From the NCBI GenBank assembly GCA_031181145.1, contig JAPSLB010000001.1, positions 23,775 through 87,774 on the forward strand: a stretch of DNA of 64,000 bases, in the 5' to 3' direction. Under the pieces are notes generated by a model. It saw nothing but the letters and a program-made list of their open reading frames with translations, was not told the DNA's origin and ran no database searches. The DNA comes from Microvirga sp. (GTDB lineage: Bacteria > Pseudomonadota > Alphaproteobacteria > Rhizobiales > Beijerinckiaceae). Position 1 is the stretch's first letter; each line of letters begins with the position of its first letter. Position numbers and translations under genes: made by a program. Shown here piece after piece: positions 50,394 through 60,215 of this stretch.

Positions 50394-51766
50394 GCGACGC
50401 ACTCCGACCGCTGATCGTCGGCGCCGGTCCCACTGGAATCCGCGCCGCCCAGACCCTCGTAGACGCGGGCATCAGGCCGATCGTCGTCGATGAGGCGGCG
50501 GCTGGCGGCGGGCAGATCTATCGCCAAAGGCTCGTGCCCGATGAGCGCACGCCACGCGACCTCTACGGTTCAGAAACCGGGAAGGCGACGGCGCTGCACG
50601 AGACCTTCGCTCGGATCAGGGACAGGATCGACTATCTTCCGCAGGCTCTGGTGTGGAATGTCCAGGGCAAGGCCGCCGATGTGGCGGCCGGCGGCCGGAC
50701 CCGCCGCCTCAACTTCAGCCACCTGATCCTCGCTACGGGCGCGACCGACCGCGTACTTCCGTTCCGTGGATGGACCACTCCGGGAGTCTTCACCCTTGGC
50801 GGCGCGCAGATCGCTCTGAAATCGCAAGGCTGCGCCATCGGCGAGCGGGTTGTCTTCCTCGGCTCCGGCCCTCTGCTCTATCTTGTTGCGTGGCAATATG
50901 TGAAAGCCGGCGCCCGGGTTGCCGCCGTGCTCGATACGGCGCCGTTCTCGTCGAAGCTCCATCTCCTGCGCGGGCTGCTGTCTCAGCCGGGCGTGGTATT
51001 GCGCGGGTTCCGCTATGCGGCCGAACTCATGGCGCGCGGCGTTCCCGTGCATTTCGGCGTCGAACCGGATCAGATCGAGGGTGAGACCCGCGTCACGGGC
51101 ATGATCTGGCGCGAGCGAGGCAAGGAACATCGCCTTGCCTGCGATGCCGTGGGATACGGCTTTGCCCTGCGTTCCGAAACGCAATTGGCGGATCTGGCGG
51201 GGTGCCGCTTCGTCTTCGACGGACGGGATCGGGCGTGGCGGCCTGAACGCGACTTGGCGGGGCGCACCAGTGTGTCCGGTCTCTACATCGCCGGCGATGG
51301 CGCCGGGATCGCCGGGGCAGACGCCGCCGAGCTCGCGGGGGAGCGGGCCGGTTTCGCCGTCCTCGAGGATGCAGGCCTTACCGTCGACCGCGCACGGATC
51401 GCCGTGCTGGAGCGCAAACTCGCTGCGATCCAACGCTTCCGGGACGTTCTCGAGGCCGCCTTCCCATTTCCTGACAAATGGGCGAACAGCGTCGATGACG
51501 ATGTTCTCCTCTGCCGCTGCGAGGAGATTTCCATCGGACAGGCACGTACCGCCGCACGCGAGCAGGAGGTGCGCGAACTCAACCGCCTCAAGGCCCTGAC
51601 CCGTGTCGGCATGGGCCGGTGCCAAGGACGGATGTGCGCCAGCGCTGCGGCGGAGATCCTGGCGGCCGCCCACGGTCAGCCGCTGGAGGCTGTCGGCCGC
51701 CTGCGTGCGCAGCCGCCCATCAAGCCCCTTCCTCTCGGGATCGCGGCAGACGGAGAGGCCGCATGA
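50390..51766 (+). CDS. FAD/NAD(P)-dependent oxidoreductase, opine oxidase alpha/HcnB-like
   Basis: GAGPTG, GGQIYR, ATGATDR and C-terminal CRCE...GMGRCQGRMC. Confidence 0.87.
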   Translation: MSDALRPLIVGAGPTGIRAAQTLVDAGIRPIVVDEAAAGGGQIYRQRLVPDERTPRDLYGSETGKATALHETFARIRDRIDYLPQALVWNVQGKAADVAAGGRTRRLNFSHLILATGATDRVLPFRGWTTPGVFTLGGAQIALKSQGCAIGERVVFLGSGPLLYLVAWQYVKAGARVAAVLDTAPFSSKLHLLRGLLSQPGVVLRGFRYAAELMARGVPVHFGVEPDQIEGETRVTGMIWRERGKEHRLACDAVGYGFALRSETQLADLAGCRFVFDGRDRAWRPERDLAGRTSVSGLYIAGDGAGIAGADAAELAGERAGFAVLEDAGLTVDRARIAVLERKLAAIQRFRDVLEAAFPFPDKWANSVDDDVLLCRCEEISIGQARTAAREQEVRELNRLKALTRVGMGRCQGRMCASAAAEILAAAHGQPLEAVGRLRAQPPIKPLPLGIAADGEAA

Positions 51767-52938
51767 GCAGAATCCTTCACAAGGACGTGGCTATCATCGG
51801 CGGCGGCCTCGTCGGCAGCTCCGCTGCGCTCGCCCTTCGACGCATGGGTCTTTCCGTCGCTCTCCTCGACAAGGGCTTCTGCGGCGCACAGGCGAGCGGG
51901 GTCAATTACGGCGGCGTGCGGCGTCAGGGCCGCCCTCCCGAGCAGATGGCCCTGTCCCAGCGCGCCCATGTCATTTGGCCTCGCCTGAAGGAAATCATCG
52001 GCATAGACGGCGAATTCGTGCGCTCCGGCCATCTCAAGCTCGCCCGAACGGAGGCTGAGATGGCATCTCTCGAAGCCTATGCGACACGCGTTGCGGGGTT
52101 CGGACTCGACCTTGAACTGATCGGCCGCAACAAGCTCCGGGAGCGGTTTCCCTGGATCGCGGGAGATATCGTGGGAGCCTCACTCTGCGCCGGGGACGGA
52201 CATGCCAATCCGCGCCTCGTTTCGGCAACCTTCGCTCTAGCGGCCCGCCGGGCTGGAGCCGAGGTTCTCGAGCATACGCCCGTGTCCCACGTCGAGAGGG
52301 TGCCGGAGGGCTTCCACCTATCGGCAGGCTCCGGGACCGAGATCAGAGCACGGTTCGTCGTCAACAGCGCCGGGGCTTGGGCGGGCACCTTCGCCGAGGC
52401 CTTCGGGGAGCCAGTGCCTCTCGGACGAATCTACCCGAGCATGATCGTCACCGAACCGCTGGACGTGTTCATGACCGTGAACATCGGTGCCGAAGGCGGC
52501 GGCATCTATGCGCGTCAGGTAGAGCGCGGCAACTGCATCGTAGGTGGAATGCGCGCCGAACCGACTGTGGATCTGGATTTTTCGCGCCCCACGGGCTCCG
52601 GTGCCGTTACCATCATGAATCGCGCGGCCGACCTGTTTCCCGCGTTGCGCAATACCTACGCCATCCGCTGCTGGAGCGGAACGGAAGGCGAGATGTCAGA
52701 CAGAAACCCAGTGATCGGCTTCAGCCGGACCACACCGAACCTCATTCACGCGTTCGGCTTCTCGGGCGCCGGGTTCCAGATCGCCCCAGGAGTTGGCGAA
52801 GTCCTGGCCGAGCTCATTCGTGACGGCGAAAGCCGCACGCCGATCGAAGCCTTCACTATCGACCGATTCGCCCGCATGGACCAGGGCTCTCCTGCGGGTT
52901 CCGTTCCTGAAGCCCGAAAGAGGGAAACATCGAAATGA
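51763..52938 (+). CDS. FAD-dependent oxidoreductase, opine oxidase beta/HcnC/DadA-like
   Basis: GGGLVG, ASGVNYGGVRRQGR, DGHANP and GFSGAGFQ. Confidence 0.87.
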   Translation: MSRILHKDVAIIGGGLVGSSAALALRRMGLSVALLDKGFCGAQASGVNYGGVRRQGRPPEQMALSQRAHVIWPRLKEIIGIDGEFVRSGHLKLARTEAEMASLEAYATRVAGFGLDLELIGRNKLRERFPWIAGDIVGASLCAGDGHANPRLVSATFALAARRAGAEVLEHTPVSHVERVPEGFHLSAGSGTEIRARFVVNSAGAWAGTFAEAFGEPVPLGRIYPSMIVTEPLDVFMTVNIGAEGGGIYARQVERGNCIVGGMRAEPTVDLDFSRPTGSGAVTIMNRAADLFPALRNTYAIRCWSGTEGEMSDRNPVIGFSRTTPNLIHAFGFSGAGFQIAPGVGEVLAELIRDGESRTPIEAFTIDRFARMDQGSPAGSVPEARKRETSK

Positions 52939-53987
52939 CCAAGACCAAACTCCTTCAGACAGCAGCCTTCGCTGCACTTTCCATTGCTGCCTCCGGCGCA
53001 GCGCAGGCGCAGACAAAGACGCTCTACGTCGGCATGAATGGCGGCAATTTCGAAAGAACCTACACGCAGCATGTCTTTCCCGACTTCGAGAAAGCAAACG
53101 ACGTGAAGGTCGTCGTCGTGCCGGGCACGTCGTCGGATATTCTCGCCAAAGCCACGGCGGCCAAGAGCAATCCTCAAATGCACGTGATGTTCCTTGACGA
53201 TGGTGTCATGGTGCGTGCAATCGGCGCAGGCCTCTGCGAGAAGATCAAGGACGCGCCGGTTCTGGCCGATCTTGCGCCGGGAGCCCGGCTGAAGGACGAT
53301 ATGGCCGTCGGCATCGACCTCGGCATGACGGGTCTTGCCTACAACAAGAAGATGTTCGACGAGAACGGGTGGGCCCCGCCGACCTCTTGGATGGACCTCG
53401 CAGACCCGAAGTACAAGGGAAAGGTCGTGTTCCAGTCCGCTGCGGCTTCGTCCTTCGGACTGCATGCTTTCCTGATGTTCAACCGGATCCAAGGCGGTGA
53501 CGAGAAGAATGTCGAGCCAGGCTTCTCCAAGTTCAAGGACACCATCGGGCCGAACGTGCTCGAATATATCCCCAGCTCGGCCAAGATCTCCGAGATGGTG
53601 CAGACGGGAGAAGCTGCGATATTCCCGTTGACGCCCACGGCCGTGGCAGCCCACCAGGAAAAGGGCATTCCCGTGGAATATGCCCAGCCCAAGGAAGGCT
53701 CCGTCGTACTGATGGTGACCGAGTGCGTCATCGCCAACAACAGCGAGCCGGAACTGGCTCAGAAGCTCGCTGCATATCTCCTGACGCCGGAGGCTCAGAG
53801 CAAGGCGCTTCAGTACGGCAACATCGTCCCTTCGAACGTGAACGCCAAAGCTCCCACGCCGGAAGCGGAGGCCAAACTCAAGAAGTTCCACGAATACATG
53901 AAGACAGCCGTCACGCTCGACTGGGACACGATCAACGAGAAGCGCCCCGAGTGGAACAGCCGCTGGAACAAGACGATCGAGCGCTGA
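52935..53987 (+). CDS. ABC transporter substrate-binding protein (PotD/PotF-like)
   Basis: Signal peptide, with PTSWMDL and PKEG motifs. Confidence 0.9.
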   Translation: MTKTKLLQTAAFAALSIAASGAAQAQTKTLYVGMNGGNFERTYTQHVFPDFEKANDVKVVVVPGTSSDILAKATAAKSNPQMHVMFLDDGVMVRAIGAGLCEKIKDAPVLADLAPGARLKDDMAVGIDLGMTGLAYNKKMFDENGWAPPTSWMDLADPKYKGKVVFQSAAASSFGLHAFLMFNRIQGGDEKNVEPGFSKFKDTIGPNVLEYIPSSAKISEMVQTGEAAIFPLTPTAVAAHQEKGIPVEYAQPKEGSVVLMVTECVIANNSEPELAQKLAAYLLTPEAQSKALQYGNIVPSNVNAKAPTPEAEAKLKKFHEYMKTAVTLDWDTINEKRPEWNSRWNKTIER

Positions 53988-54000
53988 TCCGATCACGACG

Positions 54001-54029
54001 CGAGGCGGACGCTTGATGCGTCCGCCTCG
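54001..54029. terminator. Hairpin between convergent operons
   Basis: 12-bp stem cgaggcggacgc-ttgat-gcgtccgcctcg. Confidence 0.55.
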
Positions 54030-54148
54030 GATGACATCCCGATCCCTGCTGGAACTCCCTATAGGCGACAGAGGACAGGATGGCCTCACGGGCGGCTGGA
54101 CCGCCACCGCTCACGATCCGCTCGGGCCGGGCAAGATCATAGGAGCCA

Positions 54149-54676
54149 TCAGGTAGCTCCTTTCAGCGGCGTGTTCTTCTGGCCGGATTCTCCGTTGTCA
54201 TTCCGTATGATGCTGATCCTTCCATCTCCCTCGATATAGGCCACCTTCACCTCGGAGCAGTGCTCGACCCCCTGCTCGCGGAGCTGACTGCTAAGCTCCT
54301 CGGTCGTGATCATCTCCTTGCGCATGTTGCGAAAGAGCATTCTGCCGTCCTTGATCAGGAGGAGCGGCGGCGGTCGCGTGAGACGTTGAAGCGCAGGAAA
54401 GCGATATCCCAGCCAGTCGATCGAATAGTTCCAGAAGACAATGGTCAGGACCAGGATCACTCCTTCGGTAATCGACTTGTATTCGCTCGCCATTGCGTTC
54501 TGCGCCGCATCTGCGATGAGGACCACAACGAGCAGGTCAGCAATTCCGATGACTCCCGATTGCCGCTTGAGTAAGAATCTCAGGATCAGGAACAAGGCGA
54601 CATAGGTGATCGTTCCGCGAAGGATGATCTCGGGAATGGGATGGACCGGTACGAAAAGCTCCTGCCAATCGATCAT
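54149..54676 (-). CDS. DUF421 (YetF-like) membrane protein
   Basis: Three TM helices, with LIKDGR, LREQGV and AYIEGDGRISII. Confidence 0.85.
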   Translation of the reverse strand: MIDWQELFVPVHPIPEIILRGTITYVALFLILRFLLKRQSGVIGIADLLVVVLIADAAQNAMASEYKSITEGVILVLTIVFWNYSIDWLGYRFPALQRLTRPPPLLLIKDGRMLFRNMRKEMITTEELSSQLREQGVEHCSEVKVAYIEGDGRISIIRNDNGESGQKNTPLKGAT

Positions 54677-54698
54677 TGTCGCGCTTCCTCGTTCGGCG

Positions 54699-55058
54699 CT
54701 AGGCACAGGCCGGGAGAATGAATGCGGGTATGCCATGCCAAAGGATCACGACGATGGAGAGACCGTTGATGAGGACGGCCGCATGGCTCACGAAGTCGTC
54801 CACTGCCGCAACAGGTTGATGCTTCGCTAGTCGGTAGTTCCTGAACGACCAGATGAGAGCGACAGCCGTGGCGGCTAGCGTGACAAGAGTCGCTGAAAGG
54901 ATCGTCATCGGAACGACCTCCAAGCCGAGAAGATTCGCATCCGCCCAGCCACGGCCGCACAAGGTCGATGTCACACCATAGATAGCCGTGAACTGAACCG
55001 CCCATGCGATGAGGCCGGCGAGCATCAGGAGGATCTGCCCTGTCCGCCGTCCCCCCAT
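54699..55058 (-). CDS. Small three-TM membrane protein coupled to the oxidase operon
   Basis: TGATG overlap with the oxidase subunit I stop. Three hydrophobic segments. Confidence 0.65.
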   Translation of the reverse strand: MGGRRTGQILLMLAGLIAWAVQFTAIYGVTSTLCGRGWADANLLGLEVVPMTILSATLVTLAATAVALIWSFRNYRLAKHQPVAAVDDFVSHAAVLINGLSIVVILWHGIPAFILPACA

Positions 55059-57625
55059 CAGAGGCCTCCTGTCAACCGCGGGAAGCCGTGAACCACGAGG
55101 AGTGCGACCAGGCCCTGGCCAGCAGTATAGTACCAGAACAGCATGGTGTTATCGAAGGTGGTCCGGCGCACGTTGTCGAGCCGCCCCGCAAGCCAGCGGG
55201 CAATGGTGTAGGCTCCCATGACGAGCGTCGTCAGGACGAAGAAGATCTGCAGGGACGTGATGGCATAGACCGCCGCTCCATAGGCGTGAGCCGACGGGCT
55301 CAGGCCCGTTTCCCACTGCATCCATAGATCGATGGCGGATGCGCCGCAGACGAGCGGAAGCGCAACGCCGATCAGAACCGGCACCGAGCGCGGGCTCCGG
55401 CGATCGTCGCCGCGCAATTGCCGGCTGGCGACAGCCACGAGGGCTCCGCTGGCGCAGTAGAGAAATGCCGAAAGGGATGGCCAGATCCAATCGGGGATCC
55501 GGACGCCTTGCGGCGGCCAAGCACCCGGGTTCACGAGCCAGAGGAAAAGATAGGAGAAGATCAGGCAGGTAAACACCATGCCGGCGACCACCATGAGGAC
55601 GATCATCGCCCACCAGGAGTGGTTCATCGGACCCGTGGCGTAGACCGGCAGCACGATGCCGCCGCCGATATCCGCAGGCGGGCGGACGGGGCCGGGATCG
55701 GTCTCCCAAAGCCACCAGATCACACACCCCACCGCCAGTACGCCGCAGATCACGGACGGAAAGACGAGCTTCACTGTCAGGAGCAGGAAGAAGGCGGCCG
55801 TGAACACAGCGGCGAGCACCGGCTGCCAGCCGGGTCCCGGGACCTGCAGGATATATTGGGGCCGTGCGTCGAACGGGCTCGTCACCAGCGCCTCGCGCCC
55901 TCCTGTCACGGTCCCCGGCAGATAATAGCGGCCCTCCTCCACATCCTTGGACAGGTTAGGCTGCTCCCAGAGAGGATCCCGGCTGACGACGGAGGGAATG
56001 CTGCGCGTGTTATAGGTTCCGTTCGGCAGCCATTCGAGAGTGCTGGCGTTCCATACGTTTCCGGCATTGTCTTCCAGCGTGAAGCGGAAGTTGCGCGCCA
56101 GATCGTAGAGGAAGATCGCGACACCGGCCGCAATCATGAAGGCGCCGATGGTCGAGACGAGATTGAGGGCATCCCACCCCATTTCGACCGGATAGGTATA
56201 CACGCGCCTCGGCATGCCGATGAGGCCCGTGATGTGCATCGGCAGGAACGTCACGTTCACACCGAGGAACATGAGGCCGAACACCCAGCGGCCAAGCCGC
56301 TCGGACAACGCACGTTTGCTCGCGGCAGGCACCCAATAATAGAAAGCTGCGAAGAGCGGGAAGACCATTCCGCCGATGAGAACATAATGCAGATGCGCCA
56401 CGACGAAGTAACTGTCATGCGCCTGCCAGTCGAACGGAGCCACCGCCACCATGACGCCGGTCAAACCGCCGAGCGTGAAGATGAACAGAAAGCCGATGAC
56501 GAAGAGCGAGGGCGTCGTCAGCCTCATGCGTCCCGACGCGATGGTCGCGATCCAAGCGAAGACCTGAATGCCGCTCGGCACCGCGACCGCCGTACTCGCC
56601 GCCGAGAAGAAGCTCAATGACATCTTCGGGAGGCCCGTCGCAAACATGTGGTGCACCCAAAGCCCGAACGAGAGGAAGCCCGTGGCGATGAGGGCCAGAA
56701 CGATCAGGCGGTAGCCCACGAGCGGCGTCTGTGCCATTGTCGGCACGATCATCGAGACCATTCCGGTTGCCGGCAGGAAGATGATGTAGACCTCAGGATG
56801 CCCGAAGAACCAGAACAGGTGCTGCCACAGGAGCGGATCGCCACCCCTTTCCGCAATGAAGAACGGCCAGTCGAAGGCGCGCTCCATCTCAAGGAGCAGG
56901 GTGCCGAGGATGATTGCCGGAAAGCCGATGACGATCATGACGGCGAAGACCAGCATGGCCCACGAATAGATCGGCAGCTTGTCGAGGCTCATGCCGACGG
57001 CTCGGGTCTTCATCACGCCCACGATGATCTCGATCGCGCCCGCGATAGCCGAAATCTCGATGAAGCCGATCCCGAGAAGCCACCAATCCGCATTGTCGGC
57101 CGGCGAGTACTTGGTGCTTGTCAGTGGCGGATACATGAACCAGCCGCCATCGGGCGACAGACCGAAGAAGATCGTGCCGAAGAACACGAGGCCACCGACG
57201 AAATACGCCCAGAACGCATAAGCCGAGAGGCGCGGGAACGGCAGGTCGCGTGCGGCCTGCATGTTCGGCAACAGATAGACGCTGGCAGCCTCCACCGCCG
57301 GAACGGCGAAGAGAAACATCATCACCGTGCCGTGCATGGTGAAGAGCTGGTTGTACAGACCATGGCCGACGAGATCGTTCTCCGGCCTCGCCAGCTGAAC
57401 ACGCATGATCAGCGCCAGGATTCCGGCGAGGATGAAGAACAGAAACGCCGTGCCGACATACCACACGCCGACATAGGTGTTGTTCACGGCCGTGAGGAAG
57501 CGGAGGCCCCGCGGCGGCTTCCAGGCACGTTTCAGCGCCTCGAACTCGCCCTCCGGACGCGGCAGCGGATTGGGAAGCTCCTCCTCGCCCCGTTCAAAAG
57601 CCTTCGGGAGCTCGGGTGCATTCAT
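55058..57625 (-). CDS. ctaD: Cytochrome c oxidase subunit I (type A1) with fused subunit III-like C-terminal domain
   Basis: HGTVMMF, WFFGHPEVY, WVHHMF and AHLHYV ligand motifs. About 250 extra aa of TM helices ending in FWYY. Confidence 0.92.
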   Translation of the reverse strand: MNAPELPKAFERGEEELPNPLPRPEGEFEALKRAWKPPRGLRFLTAVNNTYVGVWYVGTAFLFFILAGILALIMRVQLARPENDLVGHGLYNQLFTMHGTVMMFLFAVPAVEAASVYLLPNMQAARDLPFPRLSAYAFWAYFVGGLVFFGTIFFGLSPDGGWFMYPPLTSTKYSPADNADWWLLGIGFIEISAIAGAIEIIVGVMKTRAVGMSLDKLPIYSWAMLVFAVMIVIGFPAIILGTLLLEMERAFDWPFFIAERGGDPLLWQHLFWFFGHPEVYIIFLPATGMVSMIVPTMAQTPLVGYRLIVLALIATGFLSFGLWVHHMFATGLPKMSLSFFSAASTAVAVPSGIQVFAWIATIASGRMRLTTPSLFVIGFLFIFTLGGLTGVMVAVAPFDWQAHDSYFVVAHLHYVLIGGMVFPLFAAFYYWVPAASKRALSERLGRWVFGLMFLGVNVTFLPMHITGLIGMPRRVYTYPVEMGWDALNLVSTIGAFMIAAGVAIFLYDLARNFRFTLEDNAGNVWNASTLEWLPNGTYNTRSIPSVVSRDPLWEQPNLSKDVEEGRYYLPGTVTGGREALVTSPFDARPQYILQVPGPGWQPVLAAVFTAAFFLLLTVKLVFPSVICGVLAVGCVIWWLWETDPGPVRPPADIGGGIVLPVYATGPMNHSWWAMIVLMVVAGMVFTCLIFSYLFLWLVNPGAWPPQGVRIPDWIWPSLSAFLYCASGALVAVASRQLRGDDRRSPRSVPVLIGVALPLVCGASAIDLWMQWETGLSPSAHAYGAAVYAITSLQIFFVLTTLVMGAYTIARWLAGRLDNVRRTTFDNTMLFWYYTAGQGLVALLVVHGFPRLTGGL

Positions 57626-58650
57626 TTCAAGCTCTCCAGGTAACCGGCCAGCGCGCGAAGATCCTCACCCGTCAGCGAGCCATAGGAAGGCATCCGCGCA
57701 CCCGGCTTGATATGCTGAACGTTGGCGATCCAGCCGGCCAGAGTGCCGATGTTGTTCGGAAACTGGCCCGCCCCGATGGTGCGGCGGCTGCCCACATGCG
57801 TCAGATCGGGCCCGAACTGTCCGTCGGCCTCGGTTCCCCGCACCACATGGCAGGAGCCGCATCCGCCCATGCGAAACAGCTCGCGGCCACGCACGAGCGA
57901 GGGAAGATCCGGCTCCAGGGCCGGCTTCGCCTGATCGACACGCCATGCCTCGAATTCGGCCGGCTCCAGGGCGATCAAGTCGAAAGCCATGCGGGCATGC
58001 TGGTCTCCGCAGAACTCCGCGCAGACGCCACGGTAGATGCCGGGCCGCTCAGCCGTGAAGTTGAGGCGGTTGATGCGTCCCGGAATCATGTCGATCTTGC
58101 CCCCGAAATTCGGGATCCAGAAGCTGTGGATCACATCGGCAGACGTGACCGATACCGAGATGGGTCGGCCGACCGGAACGACGAGTTCGTTGGCCGTGGA
58201 GAATTCAGCCCTCTCCTGATCGGCGGGATACCTCACGCGCCACCAATATTGCTCTCCGACCATCTCAATGGGCAGCGCCCCGGGCGTCGGCACATCGGTA
58301 TCGCGCATGACGGTCAAGCCGTAGGGCAGAAGCATGGACAGAACGACGATCGGAAAGGCCAAGCCGCCAACGATGATGGTTCTGCGGTCCCCGAGCCATG
58401 CTCTTCGTTCAGGTGCGGCGAAGATCGCATAAAGCAGCAGCCCGGTAACGAGCAGGAAGATGAGGATTCCACCCACGGTCATGATCACCGTGAGCCAATA
58501 GATCCGCTGAGCGTCGCCGCCTGCGGGATCGAGGGCCGACTGCACGCCGCTGCAGCCTGCGAGGGCCAGAGCGCACGAAAGACCTCCCCCGCACGTCGCG
58601 GAGGTCCGCAGTCGCCCATGAGGGCCATGCCGTGTCGCTTCGAGGTCCAT
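57622..58650 (-). CDS. coxB: Cytochrome c oxidase subunit II with C-terminal cytochrome c (caa3-type)
   Basis: Lipobox LAGC, QYWW, CuA motifs DVIHSFW and CAEFCGDQHARM, heme motif CGSCH. Start uncertain. Confidence 0.9.
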   Translation of the reverse strand: MDLEATRHGPHGRLRTSATCGGGLSCALALAGCSGVQSALDPAGGDAQRIYWLTVIMTVGGILIFLLVTGLLLYAIFAAPERRAWLGDRRTIIVGGLAFPIVVLSMLLPYGLTVMRDTDVPTPGALPIEMVGEQYWWRVRYPADQERAEFSTANELVVPVGRPISVSVTSADVIHSFWIPNFGGKIDMIPGRINRLNFTAERPGIYRGVCAEFCGDQHARMAFDLIALEPAEFEAWRVDQAKPALEPDLPSLVRGRELFRMGGCGSCHVVRGTEADGQFGPDLTHVGSRRTIGAGQFPNNIGTLAGWIANVQHIKPGARMPSYGSLTGEDLRALAGYLESLK

Positions 58651-58695
58651 CCGCCCTACATGGGACTTGTGTGCATTGAACGGAAAAGCTCGGCC

Positions 58696-59670
58696 GTGAG
58701 ACTTAGTTCCCTCACAAGCTCCCCCAAGAGGGCCACAACGGCAGCATGCGGCTTCGGCGCCGTCCTGTCCTTGCCGAGCGGGCCTGCCTTCGGCCATGGG
58801 GCAGCGCCTCGCGGGCCGGCGGATCTCTGGCATTCGTGGCAGGCCGATCCTTTCGTCACCATTCCTCTCGCCATCTCAAGTCTGTTGTTCGCCTGCGGCG
58901 TCTGGCGATTGCGGGGAAGCCTTGGACGGCTCCTGCCCGGTTTCGGCATGAGCCGGATTGTCTGCTTCATCGCAGGAATGCTCCTGCTGGCGATCGCCCT
59001 TCTCTCCCCTCTGGAAGGCCTCTCCAAGCCTCTTCTGTCGGCCCATATGGTCCAGCATATCCTGCTGATCGCCGTCGCTCCCCCGCTTCTCGTCCTCGGC
59101 AAACCCGAGGTCGCATGGCTCTGGGCACTTCCGGTCTCGTGGCGGCGCGGAATGGCGCGCCATCGGGGGATGCGATCAGGCCTGTCCCTCCTGTCGCCCT
59201 GCGCGAGGCCGATCCCAGCAGCCCTGATTCACATGGCCACCTTGTGGGTCTGGCACAGTCCGGCATTGTTCGATGCCGCTCTTGCCTCCGACCGACTTCA
59301 CTGGCTGGAGCACGTTCTGTTCTTCGGCACGGCGCTCCTGTTCTGGCGCGCCGTCATCAAGGCTCATTCGGGGCGCGAGGCCGCCGCAGCCGCGCTCATC
59401 GCGTGCTTCGTCACTCTGCTGCAGAGCGGGTTGCTGAGCGCCCTCCTGAGCTTCGCGCGCGAGACCCTGTATCACACGCCCGCCACCGCCGATTGGGGCC
59501 TGACCGCCTTGGAAGATCAGCAATTGGCGGGCGCCATCATGTCCCTTCCCATGTGCGCGATCTATCTCGGCTCGGGGCTGGTCATGGCGCTGCGCCTTCT
59601 CATGCCGGACAGGGAACGGAGGCGGTCCATGCCGGTTGCCTCACCGGATTTCCTGAAGCAGAGCCCATGA
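58696..59670 (+). CDS. caa3-type cytochrome c oxidase assembly factor (CtaG family)
   Basis: SAHMVQH, WVWHSP, HWLEH and EDQQLAG motifs. Start uncertain (58660 or 58696). Confidence 0.85.
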   Translation: MRLSSLTSSPKRATTAACGFGAVLSLPSGPAFGHGAAPRGPADLWHSWQADPFVTIPLAISSLLFACGVWRLRGSLGRLLPGFGMSRIVCFIAGMLLLAIALLSPLEGLSKPLLSAHMVQHILLIAVAPPLLVLGKPEVAWLWALPVSWRRGMARHRGMRSGLSLLSPCARPIPAALIHMATLWVWHSPALFDAALASDRLHWLEHVLFFGTALLFWRAVIKAHSGREAAAAALIACFVTLLQSGLLSALLSFARETLYHTPATADWGLTALEDQQLAGAIMSLPMCAIYLGSGLVMALRLLMPDRERRRSMPVASPDFLKQSP

Positions 59671-60215
59671 TCAGGCACAGCCTCCCTCGATTGCTGTTGA
59701 TCCCCGCCTTCGCAGGACTGGCTGCGTGCGGGGACCCGCAGGAGCAGCCTTCGGCTTTGCGGATCGTGGGCGGCGAGCCCGAAACAGGACATGCCCTGAT
59801 CCAATCCTATGGCTGCGGTACATGCCATACGATCGACGGCGTCCGGGGAGCACGAGGCAAGGTCGGGCCGCAGCTCAAGGGTTACGCGCAGCAACACCTC
59901 CTCGCAGGATTCCTGCCCAACACGCCACGCAACCTGATCGCATGGCTGATGGATCCCGTGGCCCTAAAGCCCCAGACCGGAATGCCGTCGCAGGGTGTGA
60001 CGGAAGCCGAGGCCCGGCACATTGCCGCTTATCTCTATTCTCTGGGGCGCGACGGGTTGCAGGTTTATCCGGACGATCCCCCACTGCCACTCCGGGGATC
60101 GAACGGGAATGCGGTCGAGATCCCCGGTTCGACGGCGATCCCCTCCTCGGAGACGGACCCGCGCACCCGCCGCATCGTCCCGAACTCTGACACAGGCCCT
60201 CGATCCGGCAGCTAG
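59667..60215 (+). CDS. Monoheme cytochrome c lipoprotein
   Basis: Lipobox LAAC, CGTCH and distal Met in TGMP. ATGA overlap with the ctaG-like gene. Confidence 0.87.
   Translation: MIRHSLPRLLLIPAFAGLAACGDPQEQPSALRIVGGEPETGHALIQSYGCGTCHTIDGVRGARGKVGPQLKGYAQQHLLAGFLPNTPRNLIAWLMDPVALKPQTGMPSQGVTEAEARHIAAYLYSLGRDGLQVYPDDPPLPLRGSNGNAVEIPGSTAIPSSETDPRTRRIVPNSDTGPRSGS

Noticed and set aside
50103-52938. HCN synthase (hcnABC) call linking to the glycine theme
   Set aside because: The genes sit inside an importer operon with an IclR regulator, which fits catabolic opine/imino-acid oxidases better. No direct evidence for cyanogenesis.
57616-58695. Long N-terminal extension of the ctaG-like ORF (684 aa in the track), and the extension of the cytochrome c ORF from 58746
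   Set aside because: The extensions overlap coxB antisense or ctaG in another frame. The real starts are probably near 58696 and 59667.
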